Source: Gemmata obscuriglobus (GTDB lineage Bacteria > Planctomycetota > Planctomycetia > Gemmatales > Gemmataceae). Taken from it: 32,000 bases of DNA. The translations under genes were made by a program, and so were the position numbers. Below, piece after piece: positions 26,601 to 32,000 of the stretch. The stretch lies in assembly GCF_008065095.1 (NCBI RefSeq), contig NZ_CP042911.1:2460001-2492000 (forward strand), given 5' to 3'. How positions within the stretch are numbered: position 1 is the stretch's first letter; each line of letters starts with the position of its first letter. The notes under the pieces were generated by a model, which was not told the DNA's origin, made no database searches, and saw only the letters and a list, made by a program, of their open reading frames with translations.

Positions 26601-27507
26601 TGCCGCCGCCGTCCGCCTGCGTCTCGTCGAGCCGCTTGGCCAGCCCGAAGTCGGTCACCTTGGGCCGCCAGTCGCAGGGGCGGGGCGGGGCCGAGTTCCC
26701 CGCGGTGCGGCCCTCGGCCCGGTTCTCGTCGTCCGCCGGCCCCGCGTCTTGCGTCAGCAAGATGTTGCCCGGCTTCAGGTCGCGGTGAACGATCCCGGCG
26801 GCGTGGGCGAACTGGACCGCCCGCGCGAGCAGTTCGACGAGTTCGGCGGCGCGCCGGCCCTCCCACGGGGTGCCGCTGAGGCTCTGGGCGAGGCTCCCGC
26901 CGTCGACGAACTCCAGCGCAAGATACGGGTGCCCGTTCGCCTCGCCGATGTCGAAGATCTGGACGATGTGCGAGTGCTGCAGCGCGGCCACCGACTCCGC
27001 CTCGCGCCGGAACCGCTCGCGCTCGGTCGCCCCGGCGTGCGCGCCGGAGAGGATCATCTTGAGCGCGACCACGCGGTTCAGGTTCAACTGGCGGGCCTTG
27101 TACACCACGCCCATGCCGCCGCGCCCGACCTCGTGCAGGATCTCGTACCCGGGAACCTGCGGCGGGGTGAAATCGACGGTGTCGGCGTGGCCGAACGGGA
27201 CCACGCTGCTCGGCGGGCCCGATACGGTGCCCGTGTCCGGGCCGGGCGCGGGCGGCACGAGCCCGGCGAGCGAGCCGAAGGACGGGTCCGGGGTGTCTGC
27301 ACCGCCCGCGTGGACGAACGTGACCGTCGGCTCGTTGTGATCCTGCGCGGGCCGCGGGGCTTGGCCCCCCTCGCCGGCGAGTACGAGTACGGACGGCTCG
27401 TCGGCCGTGAGCAGAACGGCGGTGCCGCCGCACACCGGGCACACGCTCGCGGTCCCGCCCGGCGGGTACCAGACGTGGCCGGACGAGCAGCGAAAACCAC
27501 CGGCCAT
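23677..27507 (-). CDS. membrane Ser/Thr protein kinase with N-terminal zinc ribbon and C-terminal WD40 beta-propellers
   Basis: ATG 27507 with GAGG 8 nt upstream; the track ORF starts at TTG 27540. Zinc ribbon CSSGH...CPVCGG. Kinase motifs [28 protein letters not shown] and [36 protein letters not shown], then a coiled coil, then many WD40 units (e.g. [30 protein letters not shown]). Confidence 0.9.
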   Translation of the reverse strand: [1276 protein letters not shown]

Positions 27508-27601
27508 GTCGGGAACCTCGTGGAACGGGCTCACCCGCAATTATCCCCGCGGCCGCGCCCGATTCAAGCACCCGAACGTAACCGGAGGAGTGAAGAGCGG
27601 A

Positions 27602-27671
27602 GGAATGAGAAGTGAGGAGCGAAGAACGGGGAGCGGGGAATGAAAAGTAAGGGGCGAGGGGTGAGGAGCCG
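27602..27671. repeat. 2 x 35-bp polypurine tandem repeat within an ~90-nt purine-rich tract (27584-27676)
   Basis: Unit 1 (27602-27636) and unit 2 (27637-27671) match at 26/35 positions, and 34/35 positions keep the purine/pyrimidine class. A partial related unit lies at 27584-27601. Confidence 0.75.
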
Positions 27672-27799
27672 GGGCGGTTCTTAATCGAAACTACGGGGGC
27701 GCGAGCGCAAACAAACTGTCGGGCAGCCCGTCGGGCGCCACCGCCGTTGTCGCTCGCGACCGAAGATGTCGCGCCCGTTCGGGTTTCAGCCCCTACACC

Positions 27800-29164
27800 C
27801 TACTTCTTCGGCGGGTCCGGCTGGAAGGTCGTTGTGCCTTTCGCTTCCTCAATGCTCTTGATGGCCTTCTCGACCAGTGTGATCAGCGCCTCGTTGTTCT
27901 TCTTGTTCTGAAGCTCCTCGGCGGTGAGCTTTTCGGCCGGCTTCGACCCGCCGATCTTCTCGCCCTCTTTCTTGGTTTCGGTGACGAATTTGCGCAGCTC
28001 CGGGAGGGCGCCTTTCGCCCCGCCGCCCATCGCCTCCAGCACCTGCACGGCCGCGATCGTGAGTTGCAGCGGCTGGTCCTTTTCCCGCAGGAGCCCCGCC
28101 ACCGCCTCGAGCTTCCGCGCGCCGGCCTCGCCCATGATCGCGATCGCCTGGAGCGCCTGCACCCGCACCCCAACGTCCGGGTTGGTGAGGTGCTTGGCGA
28201 ACGCCTCCAGGTTCTCATCGTTGACCTCTTTCGGGTCGAACCGCATCAGCACCAGCCGCGCCCAGATCTCGACCTGACGGTCCTTCTCCAACCCGACCAC
28301 CTTGTGCTTCGGGTCGCCGACCCGGGCCTTCATGGACTTGATGATGACCCCCGCCGACTCCGTTTTGATGGCGGGGGGCGTTTTGTCGCCCGGCTTCTTC
28401 ACCTCCGCCCACGGCGGCCCGAGGTACAGGAGCGACTGAAGGGCTTCCATGCGGACCGCGGCGCTCTCGTCCCGGGCGAGCCGGTCGGCGAGGGCGGTGA
28501 GAGCCTTCATGTTCGGGCCGGTCGATTCGTTGCCGCCGACCCGGCCCAACGAGTGCGCGATCACCCGGCGGGTTTCGTAGGACACGTCGGTCATCGCGGT
28601 GCCGGTGAGAGCCGTGACGGCGGGCTCGCCTTTGTACCCGAACCGCGTGACCGTCTGCACCGCCTGATACCGCGACGGGCCGCCGCTCTGCGCGGTGTCG
28701 ATGATCTGAGCCAGGATGCGGATCGCTTCCTTGTTGTCCGCCTCCGAATCGAACGCGATCTCGCCGACCGCCCCCCACACCGCGAACCGCACCCCCGGGT
28801 CCTTTTCGGCCACCATGCGCCGGAGCAACAGCTTGCTGACCTCCCCCTTCTGCGCGGGCGGGCCGAACCCGGGCAGCATCTTGGCCGCGAACTCGCGGGC
28901 CGTCGGGTCCGGGTCCTCCATGTCCTTCATCACGGCTTTGATGTCTTTGCCGTTGATCTCGGTCGGCCACCGCGGTTCGGGCGCCTTGGTCGGCTCCTTC
29001 TTCTCCGGCTCTTTTTTCTCGGGCTCCTTCTTGTCCGGCTCCTTGGGCGGTTGCGCGGCGGCGAGCGCGCCGAACATGAGGGCCGCGAGCAAAGCCAGCG
29101 CGGCGCGAGAGGCGCCCCTGGCCCCTGGGGCGGGGCGGGAGCGGGACGGTGGGAGGGGGTGCAT
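27800..29164 (-). CDS. exported HEAT-repeat protein
   Basis: Start chosen at ATG 29164 (MHPLPP...AALALLAALMFGALAAAQPP, a signal peptide). N-terminal (KEPEK)n linker. Repeated HEAT-like units: DPGVRFAVWGAVGEIA, ETRRVIAHSLGRVG, SAAVRMEALQSLLYLG, DVGVRVQALQAIAIMG. Confidence 0.75.
   Translation of the reverse strand: MHPLPPSRSRPAPGARGASRAALALLAALMFGALAAAQPPKEPDKKEPEKKEPEKKEPTKAPEPRWPTEINGKDIKAVMKDMEDPDPTAREFAAKMLPGFGPPAQKGEVSKLLLRRMVAEKDPGVRFAVWGAVGEIAFDSEADNKEAIRILAQIIDTAQSGGPSRYQAVQTVTRFGYKGEPAVTALTGTAMTDVSYETRRVIAHSLGRVGGNESTGPNMKALTALADRLARDESAAVRMEALQSLLYLGPPWAEVKKPGDKTPPAIKTESAGVIIKSMKARVGDPKHKVVGLEKDRQVEIWARLVLMRFDPKEVNDENLEAFAKHLTNPDVGVRVQALQAIAIMGEAGARKLEAVAGLLREKDQPLQLTIAAVQVLEAMGGGAKGALPELRKFVTETKKEGEKIGGSKPAEKLTAEELQNKKNNEALITLVEKAIKSIEEAKGTTTFQPDPPKK
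28992..29046 (-). repeat. about 3.7 x 15-bp in-frame tandem repeat encoding (K-E-P-E/D-K)n
   Basis: The units are GGCTCCTTCTTCTCC, GGCTCTTTTTTCTCG, GGCTCCTTCTTGTCC and GGCTCCTTGG. They encode KEPDKKEPEKKEPEKKEPTK in the HEAT protein linker. Confidence 0.8.
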
Positions 29165-29333
29165 AACGGGACCTCGGTTGGCTCTTCCCCAGAGCGGCGT
29201 ACCGATCAGCATACCCGCGCCGCCGGCGCGGCCGCAACGCCTACTCGGCGCCCGGTCGCGCCCGGGTGCCTGACATTGCTGGCCGGCGGGCGCTTCCGAT
29301 ACTGTTGGAGTGGAGCACACGCGAGGAGGGGCG

Positions 29334-30095
29334 ATGTCCGACGGGCCGATCGATTTGGTTCAGCAACTGCGGGCGCACCTGCACTCGCTCGGTGCCGCCG
29401 GCGTGCTGTTCGCGCCCCGCGGCGAGCCGCTCGTCATCGCCCGCCCGGCCCCGCGCGCGGAAGTCGTTCCGGCGGAAGAGGTAGCGCCGGCCGAAGACCC
29501 GCTGGAGACGCGCCGCCGTGCGCTCGCCACGCTCGCGGCCGAGGTGAGCAACTGTGACAAGTGCAGCGAGCTGTTCTCCACCCGGCTGCGGGCCGTGTTC
29601 GGCACCGGGCCGCTCGACCCGGAGGTGGCTTTTGTGGGCGAGGCCCCCGGTTACGAAGAAGACGCGCAGGGCGAGCCCTTTGTCGGTAAGGGCGGGCAAC
29701 TGCTGCGGCGCATCATCGCTGCGTGCCAGTTGCCGTCGGCGCAGGAGTACCTGCTCAACATCATCAAGTGCCGGCCGCCGCGGACCCGCCCCCCGACGAT
29801 GGCCGAGTGCGGCAACTGTCGCGACATCTTCCGCCGGCAGTTCGAACTCGTGCGGCCGAAGTACCTCGTCGCACTGGGGCTTACGGCGTCGCGGCTGCTC
29901 AGCGGCAAGGTCAGCGCGACCGCGCTCGGCGCGCTCCGCGGCCAGGTTCACCAGTACCGCGGGGTTCCGCTGATCTGCACGCACCACCCGAACGACATTG
30001 ATGCGGACGGGACCGGGAGGCTGAAACGCGAGACCTGGGACGACATGAAGTTGTTGCTGCGCACAATGGGCCGCGACGTGCCTGCCGCGAAGTGA
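29334..30095 (+). CDS. uracil-DNA glycosylase, family 4 (Fe-S type)
   Basis: ATG 29334 with GAGGAGG upstream. Motif A is GEAPGYEEDAQGEPFVGKGGQLL. Cys ligands are CDKC, KCRPP and ECGNC. Motif B is THHPN. Confidence 0.9.
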   Translation: MSDGPIDLVQQLRAHLHSLGAAGVLFAPRGEPLVIARPAPRAEVVPAEEVAPAEDPLETRRRALATLAAEVSNCDKCSELFSTRLRAVFGTGPLDPEVAFVGEAPGYEEDAQGEPFVGKGGQLLRRIIAACQLPSAQEYLLNIIKCRPPRTRPPTMAECGNCRDIFRRQFELVRPKYLVALGLTASRLLSGKVSATALGALRGQVHQYRGVPLICTHHPNDIDADGTGRLKRETWDDMKLLLRTMGRDVPAAK

Positions 30096-30116
30096 CACCG
30101 ATTTCCAGATCGGTGT
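30095..30116. terminator. hairpin in the 30-nt gap between the convergent UDG and kinase genes
   Basis: ACACCGAT-TTCCAG-ATCGGTGT, 8 perfect bp, followed by TTGTG on the plus strand. It starts at the last base of the UDG stop codon. Confidence 0.45.
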
Positions 30117-30125
30117 TTGTGCGGA

Positions 30126-32000
30126 TCAGTTCGCGCCGACGCGGCTTCCTTCGGCGGTCGGTGGGTTCACCGGGAACCGGAGGAACGCGGCGTCGTCGTT
30201 CGGGTTCGGGTCCGGTAACCGCGGGGCCTCGATCTTTGTCGCGGCAAGCGCGGTGCCCGGGCCGCACGACGGGTCGCAAAGGTTGTTCGCCGCGGCCAAC
30301 CCCGGAACCGCCGCCGGGGCCTTCAACAGTTCGTCGGTCTTCGCGAAGTAGTTTAGCGCGATCTTGTAGGTGTGCCCGGTGCCGAGTTCATTCGCCGGGC
30401 CGTCGAAGTGGAACCCGATCGGCATCTGGTAGAACGTGTTGTTGGTGAACGTGCAGCGCATCGGGCGCCCGCCCGGACGGGCGAGCGACACTCCGGCGGC
30501 CGTCAGGTGGTAGAACCGGCAGTTCGACACCTCGAAATCGATCGCGGGACCGTCGAACAGCACCCCGGACCGTCCCGGCCCCTCGAACCGACAGTTCCGG
30601 ACGGTGACGAACTTGTTGTCCAGGCCGCCCGTGGCGAGGGAGAGCAGGCCGGTCTCGCCCGTCGCGGGGAGGGCGACCCGTAACCGGTCCAGCACCACCG
30701 GGCGGTCGCGGTCGCCCGCAACGTTCCACAGGTGGACGCCGGTCTTGACCACGTTCCGCACGGTCACGTTATCGAGTAGCGTGCCGGGGGCGTTCCCGCT
30801 CAACTGGACCCCGATCTCGGCTTGGCCCTTTCCGTCGAACTCGAGGTTGCGCAGCCTCAGCCCCTCCGCCCCGCCCGTGTCGAACATCAGCCCGCCTTTC
30901 GCGAGGGGCTCGATCACCGCGAGCCGACCGTCCGGCAGGCCGGATTCGATGGTCACGTCCTTGTGCTTGTGCTTGTCGAGCCGAATGGTCGGTTCGCTGA
31001 GCCGGGGCTCGGTGATGACGATGGTGTCGCCCGGGCCGACTTTGGCGATCGCCTCGCGGAGCGACCCGACCGCGTTCTCGCCCCCGCCCTTCGAAACAAT
31101 GACGCGGCGGCTCGTGGGGGGAGGGGGCGACGGGGCGGTCGAGGCCGTCTTGCCGGCGAAGAACGCGAAGTACGCGCCGGCGCCGGCCGCGGCGACCACC
31201 AGGACGGCGGCGACCAGCAGCACAACCGCCTTGACCACGCCGCCGCCGCCCCGACGCGAGGGCGGCGGCGTGCGCGTGCGGACGCGCGACGGGCGTTCCT
31301 CCTCATCCTCGGGCGGTAGCGGCAGCGCCTCCGGGCGCGCCGCGCCCTTGTCTTTGTCACCGGTATCGAGGTTCGCCCACACGGCCGGCGTACCTGCGGC
31401 CGCGGGGGGCGGCGTAGCGCCGGCGGTGACGACCGTTGCGGCGGTCGAGAGCGTGTGCGGGCGGGCGTGCCCGGTGGCGGTCGCGGTTCCGGACACCAGT
31501 GAGGGCGGCCCCGACCCGCGACCGCTGCCGATCACCGCCGGGGACAGCACCGGCATCTCGCGCTCGGCCGGCGGCGGGATCGGCGTCGCCACCCACTCCG
31601 CCAGCGCCGCCGTGACTTCGGCGGGGATCTGGTACCGCCGGGCCGGGTCCTTCGCCATCATCTTCTCGATCACGGCGACCAGCTCGTTGGGCAACTCGGC
31701 CCGGAGCGCCTTGATCGCCCGCGGGACGCGCGTCTGGTGCCAGATCAGCTTCTGCGCGACCGACCCTTCGGGGAACGGCGGGGTGCCGCCGAGCAGGTAG
31801 TAGAACGTCGCCCCCAGCGAGTAGATGTCGGCCCGGATGTCCACCGTGTGGCTGTCCATCGCCTGCTCGGGGGCGAGGTAGTCCGCGGTGCCGAGCACGT
31901 TTTCGTCGTTCTGGCGGGTCAGGTTGTCTTCGGTGTCGTGCGTCAGCCGGGCCAGCCCCAGGTCCAGCAGCTTCACCACGCCCGACCGGTCCACGAGGAT
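30126..32000 (-). CDS. membrane Ser/Thr protein kinase with a right-handed beta-helix ectodomain; the N-terminus lies beyond the window end
   Basis: The frame is open to the window edge. Kinase subdomains KLLDLGLARL and GTADYLAPEQ. Pro-rich linker, then TM VKAVVLLVAAVLVVAAAGAGAYFAFFAG. Parallel beta-helix-type repeats: NVTVRNVV, FVTVRNCRFEG, FEVSNCRFYH, CTFTNNTFY. Confidence 0.85.
   Translation of the reverse strand: MLVDRSGVVKLLDLGLARLTHDTEDNLTRQNDENVLGTADYLAPEQAMDSHTVDIRADIYSLGATFYYLLGGTPPFPEGSVAQKLIWHQTRVPRAIKALRAELPNELVAVIEKMMAKDPARRYQIPAEVTAALAEWVATPIPPPAEREMPVLSPAVIGSGRGSGPPSLVSGTATATGHARPHTLSTAATVVTAGATPPPAAAGTPAVWANLDTGDKDKGAARPEALPLPPEDEEERPSRVRTRTPPPSRRGGGGVVKAVVLLVAAVLVVAAAGAGAYFAFFAGKTASTAPSPPPPTSRRVIVSKGGGENAVGSLREAIAKVGPGDTIVITEPRLSEPTIRLDKHKHKDVTIESGLPDGRLAVIEPLAKGGLMFDTGGAEGLRLRNLEFDGKGQAEIGVQLSGNAPGTLLDNVTVRNVVKTGVHLWNVAGDRDRPVVLDRLRVALPATGETGLLSLATGGLDNKFVTVRNCRFEGPGRSGVLFDGPAIDFEVSNCRFYHLTAAGVSLARPGGRPMRCTFTNNTFYQMPIGFHFDGPANELGTGHTYKIALNYFAKTDELLKAPAAVPGLAAANNLCDPSCGPGTALAATKIEAPRLPDPNPNDDAAFLRFPVNPPTAEGSRVGAN

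Noticed and set aside
23618-27615. 1317-aa minus-strand alternative-frame ORF and 1144-aa plus-strand ORF covering the kinase locus
   Set aside because: Both are low-complexity R/G/A/P translations. Only the 23677-27507 frame contains kinase subdomains and WD40 repeats.
27605-27643. 12-codon mini-ORF (MRSEERRTGSGE) inside the polypurine tract, preceded by GGAGGA
   Set aside because: The SD-like sequence abuts the ATG with no spacer. The ORF is a by-product of the purine repeat, and there is no supporting evidence.
29216-29230. GC palindrome CGCGCCG-C-CGGCGCG in the HEAT/UDG divergent region as a possible operator
   Set aside because: Short GC palindromes of this kind are frequent by chance at this base composition, and nothing else distinguishes it.

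Overview
High-GC bacterial chromosome segment. By hand count, a MoxR coding line (5041-5100) has 42/60 G+C. The gene content looks planctomycete, Gemmata-like (inference): membrane Ser/Thr kinases fused to WD40 or beta-helix domains, an exported HEAT-repeat protein, DUF4058, and a Cys-containing paralog family ending in HVRGCWVVDL. I support 26 CDS.

Layout:
- Left third (334-9073, minus strand): a 7-gene operon built around a MoxR AAA+ ATPase and an oversized DUF58 protein, with DUF4350-like and DUF4129-like exported partners, two further membrane proteins and a HAD hydrolase.
- Middle: an O-antigen-ligase-like gene and an SDR plus small HD (alarmone-hydrolase-like) pair joined by an ATGA overlap. 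A second AAA+ (ChlI/BchI-like) and vWA pair follows, physically split by a lower-GC two-gene insertion (nucleotidyltransferase-fold protein plus an orphan). Then come a DUF4058 gene translationally coupled to an orphan HxD...H protein, and an exported double-NIPSNAP protein.
- 20.4-23.7 kb: a lower-GC accessory islet with long non-coding stretches. It carries iteron-like direct repeats and an AT-rich box in front of a small winged-helix (Rep/DnaD-like) gene, followed by a DUF3800 gene.
- Right third: two Ser/Thr kinases flanking a HEAT-repeat gene and a family-4 uracil-DNA glycosylase, with a 35-bp polypurine tandem repeat upstream of the WD40 kinase.

A ~130-nt element ending in the same GC-clamped hairpin occurs twice in opposite orientation (9382-9520 and 20705-20834). 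Each copy sits in an unusually long intergenic region upstream of a gene.

I found no rRNA, tRNA, CRISPR array, transposase or integrase. All family calls come from motif recognition by eye; no database search was run.
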